29,788 nucleotides of DNA, taken from contig JAOAFW010000296.1 in the NCBI GenBank assembly GCA_026416065.1, positions 1-29,788 of the forward strand, given 5' to 3'. The DNA is from Fimbriimonadales bacterium (lineage in GTDB: Bacteria; Armatimonadota; Fimbriimonadia; Fimbriimonadales; GBS-DC). Shown here piece after piece: positions 8,022 to 17,198 of the stretch (within the stretch, counting starts at the first letter, position 1; each line of letters opens with the position of its first letter). The notes beneath the pieces are model-generated. The model ran no database searches and had not been told where the DNA came from. It saw only the letters and a list, made by a program, of their open reading frames with translations. A program made the position numbers and the translations under genes.

Positions 8022-9601
8022 CGTCGTCGTTGCAGACCCTGCAGATTCACCCGCGCTGGGCGTTCCGCCGTATCCGCCAGCTCCCATGCCAACCCGAACA
8101 CAGTGCGCGCAACGCGCGTCATCTTCTCGAAGTCGATTTTCTCTACGGAGTCTGACACCTGATGGTAATCCGCGTGCAAACCAGAGAAGAAGAAAATACC
8201 CGGGATGCCCTTGCTCACGAAACTATAGTGGTCGCTGCGGAAAAAGAGCTGCTCCGGGTGTTGCAACGAGTCGTACATCGGGTTGAGTTCCATCCGCAGA
8301 TACTGGTCGTTCACTGCGTTGAGAATCTTGCCGATGTCGGGACTGGCGACATTCGGACCAATCACATAGACTGCGTTGGGTCCGGACAGGTCGCGGTTGC
8401 GCGGGTTGGTATCGCCCGGCTGTTTGCTGCGCCCTACCATGTCCATATTGATGTTTACGATAATGTTCTGCAAGGGCACCGTGGGTCGCTCCACGAACAA
8501 TCGCGAGCCGAGCAGCCCCTTCTCTTCGCCGGCGTACCAGAGCAGCAGAATCGATCGCTTCGGACGGGGTCCGGTGGCGAACGCTTCGGCGATTTCCATC
8601 AGCGCGACGCAGCCGGAGCCGTTATCGTCAGCGCCATTGAAAATACGGTCCTCGCCACTACGCGATACGCCCACATGGTCTAAATGCGCTCCCAAAGATA
8701 CATATTCACTTTTGAGCGTGGGGTCTGAACCTTCGATTACGCCAATCACGCTGTGTGCCACCTCTTTTTGGGTTTGCACGCTGAGCGTGACGGCAATTCG
8801 CTTTTCGGGATTGAGGGCGAACGAAGGGGCAGGTTCACCGCTTTCTGCGCGCTGAATCAGCTCTGCAGCGGACGCCTGTTCACCTGCGAAGATGGCTTCC
8901 AGCAGGGGGCGCGAGGCGACAATCACGGGCAGATTGTTCATCGTTTGCAGACCCTCTACGCCACGGCGCTGGCTCCAGGTGCGGGCGATACGGTCGATAC
9001 GCCCCATATCCGTTGGGTCGATTCGCAAGATTGCCAGTGCGCCTTTTTGTTCGGCGTTCTGTTCGGGTGAAAGCCAGCCCGCCTGCCCCGCGGCGTCAAA
9101 TCCGAGCTCGATGACCTCCTTGGGATAGCCCGCCTGCACGATAAGTATCGCACCGCGCACATCCCGTCCGGCGTAGGGGTCTACACCCTTTTGGGGGTTC
9201 GACCACCCGTAGCCTACATAGACCATCGGTGCGTTTGCGTTCAGCGCGACTGGGCGCGCCACGAATCCAACGCCATACTCAAAGCTGCGTCCCCCAATCT
9301 GGATGCGCGTCTCGCCCGTGTTGATGGTATCCACACGATAGTTCAGCGACTGATAATAAGTTCCGTTCTCGCCGGCGGGCTTGACCCCCCAGCGTTGCAG
9401 GTGCGAGACGATATACATCCCCGCGAGGTCCAGTCCCCGTGAAGGCGTATCGCGTCCCTCCAGTTCATCGGATGCGATAAATTCCAGATGCGCCCGCAGG
9501 TCAGTCGGGGTAATCGTTTCCGCGCGGCTCATCCAGAGCGCGCGGTCTGCCCACGCCCATAGCAACAACAGACTGAGACTCAGCGACAGAAAGCGTTTCA
9601 T
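8018..9601 (-). CDS. M28-family metallopeptidase with PA domain (secreted)
   Basis: Signal peptide MKRFLSLSLSLLLLWAWA; AHLDH, GADDNGSG, GEEKGLLGS, NMDM, RSDH and YH motifs. Confidence 0.92.
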   Translation of the reverse strand: MKRFLSLSLSLLLLWAWADRALWMSRAETITPTDLRAHLEFIASDELEGRDTPSRGLDLAGMYIVSHLQRWGVKPAGENGTYYQSLNYRVDTINTGETRIQIGGRSFEYGVGFVARPVALNANAPMVYVGYGWSNPQKGVDPYAGRDVRGAILIVQAGYPKEVIELGFDAAGQAGWLSPEQNAEQKGALAILRIDPTDMGRIDRIARTWSQRRGVEGLQTMNNLPVIVASRPLLEAIFAGEQASAAELIQRAESGEPAPSFALNPEKRIAVTLSVQTQKEVAHSVIGVIEGSDPTLKSEYVSLGAHLDHVGVSRSGEDRIFNGADDNGSGCVALMEIAEAFATGPRPKRSILLLWYAGEEKGLLGSRLFVERPTVPLQNIIVNINMDMVGRSKQPGDTNPRNRDLSGPNAVYVIGPNVASPDIGKILNAVNDQYLRMELNPMYDSLQHPEQLFFRSDHYSFVSKGIPGIFFFSGLHADYHQVSDSVEKIDFEKMTRVARTVFGLAWELADTAERPARVNLQGLQRRR

Positions 9602-9690
9602 AGCGGTATTGTACCCTGTTGCCTGCGACTTTCCCAAAACGCTTCTTAAGGGTAAAATTAGGCTCACTAAACAGTCGGTAGAGGTGGGCG

Positions 9691-11451
9691 ATGGCGACGA
9701 ACTATCTCAAGGGTGAGCCATTGGAGTTGCGCTGGCGCAGCGCATGGTGCGAACATCAGGCGCGTTCCATTCCGTCCCTGTTCCAATCCCAGGCAGACAC
9801 GCTGGGGGAATCAACGCTCTATCTGGTCAAGCGGGCAGGCGTGTATCAGCCTGTCTCGTGGCAAACAGTGAAACGCGATGTGGAGACGCTTGCCGCGGCA
9901 TTACTCGCACGCGGAATTCAGACTGGCGACCGCGTGGCAATCCTATCAGAGAATTGTTATGAGTGGGCAGTCGCTGATATGGCGATTCTCCACTGTGGTG
10001 CGGCGTCCGTAACGCTCCATTTTCCCCTGACCCCGCCCCAAGTGGAAGAGCAGTTGCGAGACTCGGAAGCCTGCGCGATTTTCGTCTCCAACGACCTGCA
10101 AGCACAGAAAATCGAGCAGATTCGCGCGAATCTGCCTGCGCTCAAGCACACCTTCAGCTTCCAGTCCGTGAGTGGCTGGACCCCCATCACGGAGCTGCAG
10201 CGTGAGGGGGAATCGGTTCTCCGTGATAAGCCAACGCTGGTTCGGGAATCGGCGGACACAACGGGCTGGGACACGCTCGCCACACTGATTTACACTTCGG
10301 GCACCACAGGCGACAGCAAGGGCGTAATGCTCTCGCATGGCAATCTGCTTGCTAGTATGTACGCATCGATGCAGATGTTCCCACCGCCCGGGCACGACTA
10401 TGTGATGTTCAATTTCCTCCCACTGAGCCACATCTACGCTCATACTTGCGACTACCTGGTCGCTATCGGGTTAGGCGTTCAGATGGCGTTCGCCGAGAGC
10501 TTCGATACCCTGGCGCAGAACCTGCAGGAGGTTCGCCCTCATGCAATCAACGGCGTGCCACGCTTTTACGAGAAAGTGCGTGAGCGGGTGATGGGGGTAA
10601 TCCAAAGCAAGCCGTTTCTGCGTCTGCTGGGGGGCTACGCCCGCAAGAAGGGCATGCGCCGGGCGTTTGGCGGCAGGCTCATCTGGGCAATCAGCGGCGG
10701 CGCGGCGTTAGACCCTCAAGTCGCCGAATTTTACTGGGAGAACGGGATCCAGCTCTTTCAGGGCTACGGATTGACGGAAACCTCGCCTGTACTCACCAGC
10801 AACACCCCAAACTCCAACAAAATCGGCACGGCGGGCGTTCCCTTCCCCGGCGTGGAAATCAAAATCGCTGAAGATGGCGAGATTCTGGCACGCGGTCCTA
10901 ATATCATGAAAGGCTACTGGCGCAAGCCCGAAGCCACCGCACAGGCAATCGACCCCGACGGCTGGTTCCATACCGGCGATGTGGGCGAAATCGTGGATGA
11001 ACGATATCTCCGCATTACCGACCGCAAAAAAGACATCTTCGTATTGGCAGGCGGTAAGAACGTCGCCCCCGTCGCACTGGAGAACGCCCTCATACGCAAC
11101 CCATACATTGAGCAGGCGGTTATCTACGGCGACAAGAAAAAGTTCGTCTCCGCACTGATTGTGCCCGACTTTGTGCAACTGGAAGAGTGGGCGGAGAAAG
11201 CGGGCATTCCTTACCAGTCCCGTGCGGAACTGATACAGCATCCCAAGGTCGTGGAGTGGATGACCGTGCAGGTGGAAGAGGCGATGCGCCCCTTCGCCTC
11301 CTACGAGCAGGTGAAGCGGTTCATCCTGCTGCCGGAGACGTTCACCTTCGAAGCGGGCGATGTGACTGTCACCCTCAAAATGCGCCGCGCTCGAATCATC
11401 GAACGCTATCGGGAACAGTTGGATTCGCTTTATGAGACAGAGCGGGTATAA
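9691..11451 (+). CDS. fadD: Long-chain-fatty-acid--CoA ligase (AMP-dependent synthetase)
   Basis: YTSGTTGDSKG, QGYGLTETSP, FHTGDVG and ITDRKKD motifs; GAGGTG SD; TAAAAT at 9653-9658. Confidence 0.9.
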   Translation: MATNYLKGEPLELRWRSAWCEHQARSIPSLFQSQADTLGESTLYLVKRAGVYQPVSWQTVKRDVETLAAALLARGIQTGDRVAILSENCYEWAVADMAILHCGAASVTLHFPLTPPQVEEQLRDSEACAIFVSNDLQAQKIEQIRANLPALKHTFSFQSVSGWTPITELQREGESVLRDKPTLVRESADTTGWDTLATLIYTSGTTGDSKGVMLSHGNLLASMYASMQMFPPPGHDYVMFNFLPLSHIYAHTCDYLVAIGLGVQMAFAESFDTLAQNLQEVRPHAINGVPRFYEKVRERVMGVIQSKPFLRLLGGYARKKGMRRAFGGRLIWAISGGAALDPQVAEFYWENGIQLFQGYGLTETSPVLTSNTPNSNKIGTAGVPFPGVEIKIAEDGEILARGPNIMKGYWRKPEATAQAIDPDGWFHTGDVGEIVDERYLRITDRKKDIFVLAGGKNVAPVALENALIRNPYIEQAVIYGDKKKFVSALIVPDFVQLEEWAEKAGIPYQSRAELIQHPKVVEWMTVQVEEAMRPFASYEQVKRFILLPETFTFEAGDVTVTLKMRRARIIERYREQLDSLYETERV

Positions 11452-11484
11452 TAGCCGTCCGATGAATGTAGAGGAGGTTTTTCG

Positions 11485-11772
11485 ATGCTGAAGATTCGTC
11501 TGATGCGCATAGGCAAAAAGAAAAAACCGGTTTATCGTGTGGTGGTAGTGCCGAGCCAGAACCCGCGCTCGGGCAAATGCGTGGAGATTGTCGGCCAATA
11601 CAACCCGATTACCGATCCGGCGCATATTCAGTTCAACGAAGAGCGCGTGCTGCACTGGCTACGCACGGGCGCACAACCCACTGATACGGTGGAACATCTG
11701 TTGAAGATTACCGGCGTGTGGGACAAATTCAAAGCGGAGTCGTCGAAGACGAATACCGCTTCGGCGAGTTAA
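11485..11772 (+). CDS. rpsP: 30S ribosomal protein S16
   Basis: MLKIRLMRIGKKKKPVYRVVV...GQYNP...WLRTGAQPTDTV; GAGGAGGT SD. Confidence 0.98.
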   Translation: MLKIRLMRIGKKKKPVYRVVVVPSQNPRSGKCVEIVGQYNPITDPAHIQFNEERVLHWLRTGAQPTDTVEHLLKITGVWDKFKAESSKTNTASAS

Positions 11773-11785
11773 GGGGAACAGGACT

Positions 11786-12064
11786 ATGTTGCGAGAGTTT
11801 CTGGAGGCGTCGATTCGCGCGCTGGTAGACGACCAGCAGGCGGTGCAGATTCGCGAGGAGCGGAACGGCTCGCTGCTGCGCTACACGATTCAGGTGGCAG
11901 AAGGCGATCGCGGGCGCGTAATCGGCAAGAGTGGGCGCATCGTGAACGCCCTGCGCACCGTTGCCCAAGCAGTAGGCGCGAAAAATCGTGTGCGCGTGCA
12001 GGTCATCGTGCAAACGGATAGCGGAACTGCTGATACGGGCGAGGGCGCGGAAGACGCTGAGTAA
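11786..12064 (+). CDS. khpA: KH-domain RNA-binding protein KhpA
   Basis: DRGRVIGKSGRIVNALRTV (KH GxxG loop); canonical position between rpsP and rimM. Confidence 0.93.
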   Translation: MLREFLEASIRALVDDQQAVQIREERNGSLLRYTIQVAEGDRGRVIGKSGRIVNALRTVAQAVGAKNRVRVQVIVQTDSGTADTGEGAEDAE

Positions 12065-12067
12065 GCG

Positions 12068-12649
12068 ATGACGAAACCGTATGTCCCGAAAATCGCCCGC
12101 CAGTGGGTGACCGTCGGCGTCGTGGTGCGCCCGTTCGGGATACGCGGTGAACTGAAGGTGCGCCTGGAGACCGACTTTCCCGAGCGGTTCCAACCGGGGG
12201 CGCGTCTCTACTGGTGGCTGCCGCCGCAGCCGGAACCACCCGGAACAGAGGAGATGCTCCCTCACCGCCGTAAAAAGCCGCCCCGCACGATGAAACCGCA
12301 GGAATGCTTCGTCAAAAGTGCACGCTGGCACGGTACACATCTGGTGCTGACGCTGGAGGGGGTCGAAACGCGCGATCAGGCGGAGCAGCTGCGCGGCGCG
12401 TGGCTGATGATCCCCCCAGAAGAGCGTATGCCCTTAGAAGAGGGACAGTACTACATCGACGACCTGATTGGCATGGAGGTATTCACCGAGTCGGGAGAGC
12501 GCGTCGGCAAACTCAAGAATGTGCGACAGGGCGCTGCTTATGATTTCTACGATATCGGCGCGTACACTATCCCTGCTGTAGAAGAGTACATCCTTGAGGT
12601 GGATGTGCCGAACAAGCGGATGGTGGTGCGCTTGCCCGAAATCGATTAG
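12068..12649 (+). CDS. rimM: 16S rRNA processing protein RimM
   Basis: RPFGIRGELKV, R.QAEQLRG and YYIDDLIGMEV motifs plus PRC-barrel C-terminus; synteny. Confidence 0.93.
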   Translation: MTKPYVPKIARQWVTVGVVVRPFGIRGELKVRLETDFPERFQPGARLYWWLPPQPEPPGTEEMLPHRRKKPPRTMKPQECFVKSARWHGTHLVLTLEGVETRDQAEQLRGAWLMIPPEERMPLEEGQYYIDDLIGMEVFTESGERVGKLKNVRQGAAYDFYDIGAYTIPAVEEYILEVDVPNKRMVVRLPEID

Positions 12650-13479
12650 CTTGTCACCATCCCCCACAGCTTTGCCAGATCCTCGGCAAATCGCTTCTCG
12701 TCAGGCGTTTCGATAAGCATCGGGAGTGTGGCAAAGCGCGGGTCGTTCAAAATCAGTTGAAACGCACTCAAGCCCAGCTCGCCCTCGCCGATATGCTCAT
12801 GCCGATCCACGCGCGAGCCGAGCGGCTTCTTCGAGTCGTTGAGGTGCCATACTTGCAAGCGAGAGAGACCTATGTAGCGGTCGAACTCATCCCACACGGC
12901 GTGATAGGTTTCGGGGGTGCGCATGTCGTAGCCTGCGGCGAACAGGTGGCATGTATCGGCACAGATCACGAGCCGTTCATCGGGCAGGGCGTCGTAAATC
13001 CGGGCGAAGTGTTCGAACCGATAGCACAGCGCGTTGCCTTGGCCTGCCATCGTCTCCATCGCAATGCATACGCCATCGGGCATCTCGGCAAGCAAGTGGC
13101 GCAGGCTCTCGATGAGCAGCTGCATCCCCGTATCGAAATCGGGATGCGATCCCATATGCACGACGGCGTATCGGATTCCCAGCGCGGCGCAGCGTTGCAA
13201 CTCGGCAAGGTAGGCTTCGTAGGCTTTACGGCGCGTATCGGGGTCTTGCGACGCGAGATTGATCAGGTACGCGGCATGCGAGACGACGCACTCGATGCCC
13301 GTCTCGTGGCGCGCGTGTTGCAGTTTCTCAATCTGTTCGGCGGCGACGGGAACTGGTTTCCACTGGCGGGGACTGGCAGTAAAGATTTGGACAGCGGTAC
13401 AGCCCAGTTGTTTCCCTTCGTAAAGCGCATTTTGCAGCCCGCCCGCGGTGGAGGTATGCGCGCCAATCAGCCGTTGCAT
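12646..13479 (-). CDS. nfo: Endonuclease IV (AP endonuclease)
   Basis: IGAHTS, HAAYLINLAS, ETMAGQG, DTCHLFAAGYD and HLNDSK..GSRVDRHEHIG motifs. Confidence 0.96.
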   Translation of the reverse strand: MQRLIGAHTSTAGGLQNALYEGKQLGCTAVQIFTASPRQWKPVPVAAEQIEKLQHARHETGIECVVSHAAYLINLASQDPDTRRKAYEAYLAELQRCAALGIRYAVVHMGSHPDFDTGMQLLIESLRHLLAEMPDGVCIAMETMAGQGNALCYRFEHFARIYDALPDERLVICADTCHLFAAGYDMRTPETYHAVWDEFDRYIGLSRLQVWHLNDSKKPLGSRVDRHEHIGEGELGLSAFQLILNDPRFATLPMLIETPDEKRFAEDLAKLWGMVTS

Positions 13480-13500
13480 GAGCGTATAGTTCGGCGCATG

Positions 13501-15024
13501 TCAGCCTCTTCCTGCAGTGCGAACGGGCAGCACCTCGAACCTCAGGTTCAGCGTGTCGCCTGCATAGGTGGTCTTCGCTGCGCGCACGATGAGCATCACG
13601 CGCTCGGTACGGCACTGGCGCGCCTGCTCCATCAGCTCCAGCAGGGTCTCAGGCGAGGTCTCACCGACGGTGGACGGGCTGCCAGCGCGTTCCTGCCGGG
13701 GCAGGATGCCCGCCTCGATGGCGCGCTCGCGCACTTCAGTTTGCAGGAACGCAAGTACCTGACCCAGCGGGTTGCGGTCGGGGCGACAGTCCACAGATAC
13801 TCGCGCTATCTCCTCGCCCGCATCGAACACCTTGCGGTTGCGATAGAGTCGCAGCTCAATCGGCGCAGGTTCGCCCTGCGCTGTGTTGGTGAGTGCGACG
13901 GCGACCACCACCACCGCGTCGCTCGAGTTGCGGATGTTCTGGTGGATTGCCTCCAGGCTCTCACTCTCGGTGATTTCCGCCTGTTCACCTGAGGCGAGTC
14001 GCACGCGCTTTTCGGGTATAAACGCGGCGCGCAGCTGTCCAGCGGTGGGGGCTGCGCCCCGCTCACGAGCGGCTTTGTCGGCGAGGCTCAGCAAATCTTG
14101 CAACGCCTGACGCACGCGCACCTCGCTCCAGCCTGCGGGGATAATCACGCGCCCCAGTTCCTCACCGATTTGCACGGCAATGGGGCTAAGCCGAATGTTC
14201 GCCAATTGCGCCAGTTCCCGCGCGGCGCGGTCCAGTTCATCGCGCTGACGACGCAGCGCCGCGTTGCGTTCCAGCAGGATACTGTTCTGCGTCTCCAGCT
14301 GCTGGTTCTCCTCTGCGAGCCGTCGGTTTTGTTCAGACAATTGTTGATACTGTGCCTGCAATCGCTGGTTCTCGGAGTCCAGTTTCGCGTTTTCGGAGGC
14401 GAGCGCTGCGCCCTGCTCGGCGAACTCGTCGTTCTGGCGACGCAGTTGTTCTTGTTGTCGCTGCAACGCGGCGATTTGGGTACGAACCGATTGAATCTGC
14501 TGTTGTAGTTGCTCTCGGATCTGGCGTGCCTGCACGAGTTGCTGTTGCGCCTGAGTGAGCTGCGCCCGGCTTTGCTGAAGTTGTTGTCTTGCCTGCAAGA
14601 GTTGTGCCTCCAGCGCTTGTACCTGTTCCAGGCGCGCCTTGTATTCCGTCTCCAGTTGTTGTAGCTCTTTGCTCAGACGCGCCTGTTCGCCTCGGAGTTG
14701 CTGGTTCGCGCTTTGCAGTTCGGCGTTGCGCGCTTGCAACTCTTTCAAACGCGCCTCGTTCTCGCGCAGCTCGGCTAAGATCCGATCGCCCCGTGTAATC
14801 CATGCACGAAACGACTCGTTGACCAGTGTCATGCCAGCAACCGTCAGGGCAACGGTGAGGCACCCCGTGACCGTGGTAATCAGCGTGGCGGTATGGCGCG
14901 GGCGGATGCCAAACAGGCTCAGACGCTGCTTGCCCAGTTTCCTGCCCAGCCAGTCACCTGCATACGCCAGCGCACCCCCAAACAGTGTCAGGAGCGCGAG
15001 GATAATAAGCATGGTTAAGGTCAT
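13501..15024 (-). CDS. DUF3084-family membrane-anchored coiled-coil protein
   Basis: GG.LAY.GD.LGRKLGKQRLSLFGIRPRHTA.LIT N-terminus; long Q/L/E heptad region. Confidence 0.85.
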   Translation of the reverse strand: MTLTMLIILALLTLFGGALAYAGDWLGRKLGKQRLSLFGIRPRHTATLITTVTGCLTVALTVAGMTLVNESFRAWITRGDRILAELRENEARLKELQARNAELQSANQQLRGEQARLSKELQQLETEYKARLEQVQALEAQLLQARQQLQQSRAQLTQAQQQLVQARQIREQLQQQIQSVRTQIAALQRQQEQLRRQNDEFAEQGAALASENAKLDSENQRLQAQYQQLSEQNRRLAEENQQLETQNSILLERNAALRRQRDELDRAARELAQLANIRLSPIAVQIGEELGRVIIPAGWSEVRVRQALQDLLSLADKAARERGAAPTAGQLRAAFIPEKRVRLASGEQAEITESESLEAIHQNIRNSSDAVVVVAVALTNTAQGEPAPIELRLYRNRKVFDAGEEIARVSVDCRPDRNPLGQVLAFLQTEVRERAIEAGILPRQERAGSPSTVGETSPETLLELMEQARQCRTERVMLIVRAAKTTYAGDTLNLRFEVLPVRTAGRG

Positions 15025-15081
15025 CGCTGAAAAAATTATACCTACGGGCGACGGTAGCGGTTCGGCTTGAGGGTGCGCGGG

Positions 15082-16140
15082 CTACACATTGAACCGCACA
15101 TAAATTACCTCACCGTCTCGCATCACATAGTCCTTGCCTACCAGCTGTGCCTTGTTCGCTTTCTGCGCGGCTTTCCAGCCGCCTGCCGCGAGCACCTCGT
15201 CAGCATGGCACACCTCAGCACGAATGAAGCCACGCGCCAGGTCAGAGTGAATCGTGGCGGCGGCGTCCAGCGCGGTACCGCCTTTGGGCAAGAGCCACGC
15301 GCGAGAATCGTCGCCAATCGTGTAAAAGGTCTGCAGGCTCAACTGTTCGTACACCATGCGCACTAATCGCGGCAGTGCGGCCTCTGAGACGCCCATCATC
15401 TGGAGGAACTCGGCTTGTTCGGCTTCGGGCAGCTGGCGCAGGTCGCGTTCGAAAGTCGCGCAGAGGTTAATCAAGGGGAGTTCGCGCTCGTTGCACACGG
15501 TTTGCAATCGCTGAAGCATATCGGAACTCGATTCGTTGCCCAGCAGGCTCTCCCCGATGTTGGCGACCACCACCATCGGCTTGCGCGCTAAGAACCCAAA
15601 CCCGCGCAGGCGTGGCTCTAAATCGTGCGGGATTTCGAACGCCTGCAGGGATTCACCTGCGTTCACAGCGCGGTGCATCCGCTCCAGCAGGGCATGCTCC
15701 GCGCGGTCAGCGGCGGATTCCTTATGCGACTGGAATAGCTTCGTCAATCGTTCGAGGCGGTTCTCAATCACTTGCAGGTCGGACAAGGTGAACTCGTCCA
15801 GCCAGAAGTTCAGGTCGCGTGCGGGGTCGATGGGCGCATGGTAAGGCGCATAGGGGCTGTCAAACGCGCGCAGGACGCACACCAGCGCGTCGGATTGACG
15901 CGCGAGGCTCAGTGGCTGGCGCACCGTTTCGGGTTTTTCGGGGTTGAAGTCGGGCAAATCGTCGCGCCACTCGAACGCGGCGGGCGTAATTTTCTTGGCA
16001 TCTGCCTGTCGCGCCAGAGCCTCAAAACGCGGGTCCGGAATGGGGATACTCGCTACACCGTCGCGTGCGTGCCCGCCCGACAGCGCATCAAACAGCGTGG
16101 TACGTCCACTCAGCGGAAAACCAATCAGGGCGATTTTCAT
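15082..16140 (-). CDS. YchF/OLA1-family ATPase paralogue (DUF933/TGS C-terminus) with degenerate nucleotide-binding motifs
   Basis: V..PDPR, DP.RD, TFYT and AA.TIHSDLARGFIRAEV...GKDYVMRDGEVIY.RFNV motifs match YchF; P-loop reads GFPLSGRT. Confidence 0.85.
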   Translation of the reverse strand: MKIALIGFPLSGRTTLFDALSGGHARDGVASIPIPDPRFEALARQADAKKITPAAFEWRDDLPDFNPEKPETVRQPLSLARQSDALVCVLRAFDSPYAPYHAPIDPARDLNFWLDEFTLSDLQVIENRLERLTKLFQSHKESAADRAEHALLERMHRAVNAGESLQAFEIPHDLEPRLRGFGFLARKPMVVVANIGESLLGNESSSDMLQRLQTVCNERELPLINLCATFERDLRQLPEAEQAEFLQMMGVSEAALPRLVRMVYEQLSLQTFYTIGDDSRAWLLPKGGTALDAAATIHSDLARGFIRAEVCHADEVLAAGGWKAAQKANKAQLVGKDYVMRDGEVIYVRFNV

Positions 16141-16277
16141 GGCGTGAACTCGATCTGCAAAGCGGGCGGAGGTTGCTGTGCGGGCAAGTGCCAGAACCAG
16201 TAGTAAATCAGCGCCAGCGTTATCAGCAACGCCAGCACTCGTAACGCCTTCGCCCAGATACTTTTTGGGTTGCGCAT
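16137..16277 (-). CDS. Small single-pass membrane protein, 46 aa: MRNPKSIWAKALRVLALLITLALIYYWFWHLPAQQPPPALQIEFTP (not in the ORF track)
   Basis: Translated by hand: ATG 16277 to TGA 16139-16137, overlapping the YchF-like ATG (ATGA); fills the gap exactly; basic N-terminus then a hydrophobic helix. Confidence 0.75.
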   Translation of the reverse strand: MRNPKSIWAKALRVLALLITLALIYYWFWHLPAQQPPPALQIEFTP

Positions 16278-16280
16278 CGT

Positions 16281-16291
16281 CTATAATATAG
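16281..16291. promoter_or_regulatory. Overlapping divergent -10 elements (CTATAATATAG)
   Basis: TATAAT on + at 16282-16287; TATATT (16290-16285) or TATTAT (16288-16283) on the minus strand. Confidence 0.55.
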
Positions 16292-16374
16292 GGGTAGTTC
16301 GCGCGAGATTCGGCAGGAGTCGCCGCCGTCGCGCCGAACAGAAGTATACCGAATTGAGGAGGCGACGAGATACG

Positions 16375-17184
16375 ATGGAAAAAACCTGGCGTTTAGGTTT
16401 AGCAGTCATGGGCGCAGCCGCGTTGGTGGTGGGCATCACAGCGCAGGCGCGTCCACGCCCGGAAGTGGCTTTGTTGGGCGTGCGCGTCTTTACCCCGGCA
16501 ACGCAGGTGGTCAAGCAGTTTGGTAACCCCTCGATGATCACCAACACGCAAATCACTATCACCGACATTCAGGGTCAAGGGCCGCAGCAAGGGGGCGCGC
16601 CGTCTGGCGGTTTCGGGATGGGCGGTGAACAGGGCGGTATGCAAGGTCCCTCAGGCGGACCGCCGGGATTTGGGCAACCTCCACGTGGCGGCGATTTCGG
16701 CGGCGGCACAACGGGTCAGACCCGCATCGAGAACGAGATTGTCTATGTTTATCGCGCTAAGGGCGGCTCGACCTACCTGTTCCAGTTCAACAAGGATGGA
16801 CGCACTGTGCAAATCAGCGCATACGGACGACGTTCTGACCCGCGCGTGCGCACCAGCCGCGGTGTCGGGCTGGGTGACCCCTACAGCAAAGTCGTTTCTG
16901 TGTATGGACATCCCGACGAGCATGCCTTCGGCGGCGACATCTACGCCATTCGCTACAACAAGCTGGGCGTTGCGTTCCAGCTGGAGGCGCGCACCAATCG
17001 CGTAACGGGCATCTTCGTTGCCGCAGGGATTCCCACGCTGGGCGCAGGGTTCACCGGTCTGGGCGGCGGTGGGAATCAGCAAGCGAGCGGCGGCATCGCG
17101 CCTGGTGGACAGCCCGGACGCGCAGGTGAGCGTGGCGGGGGCGGAGGTGGCGCCGCCGCCAGCGCGAACGTGCCCTCGTTCTAA
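16375..17184 (+). CDS. Secreted hypothetical protein with Gly/Gln-rich low-complexity segments
   Basis: AGGAGG upstream of ATG 16375; signal peptide; globular part with 'TSRGVGLGD....V...YG.PD'. Confidence 0.8.
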   Translation: MEKTWRLGLAVMGAAALVVGITAQARPRPEVALLGVRVFTPATQVVKQFGNPSMITNTQITITDIQGQGPQQGGAPSGGFGMGGEQGGMQGPSGGPPGFGQPPRGGDFGGGTTGQTRIENEIVYVYRAKGGSTYLFQFNKDGRTVQISAYGRRSDPRVRTSRGVGLGDPYSKVVSVYGHPDEHAFGGDIYAIRYNKLGVAFQLEARTNRVTGIFVAAGIPTLGAGFTGLGGGGNQQASGGIAPGGQPGRAGERGGGGGGAAASANVPSF

Positions 17185-17198
17185 GGAGGCGAACGCAC

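Noticed and set aside
12757-13992. 411-aa ORF on the + strand, and similar long overlapping ORFs (1090-1884, 10708-11655, 23618-24625, 24307-25260)
   Set aside because: They overlap well-supported genes antisense or out of frame, have no recognisable motifs, and are expected shadows in GC-rich coding DNA
14200-14780. Q/L-rich periodicity in the DUF3084 gene as a tandem repeat or array
   Set aside because: It is a protein-level coiled-coil heptad pattern without fixed-length DNA repeats or spacers
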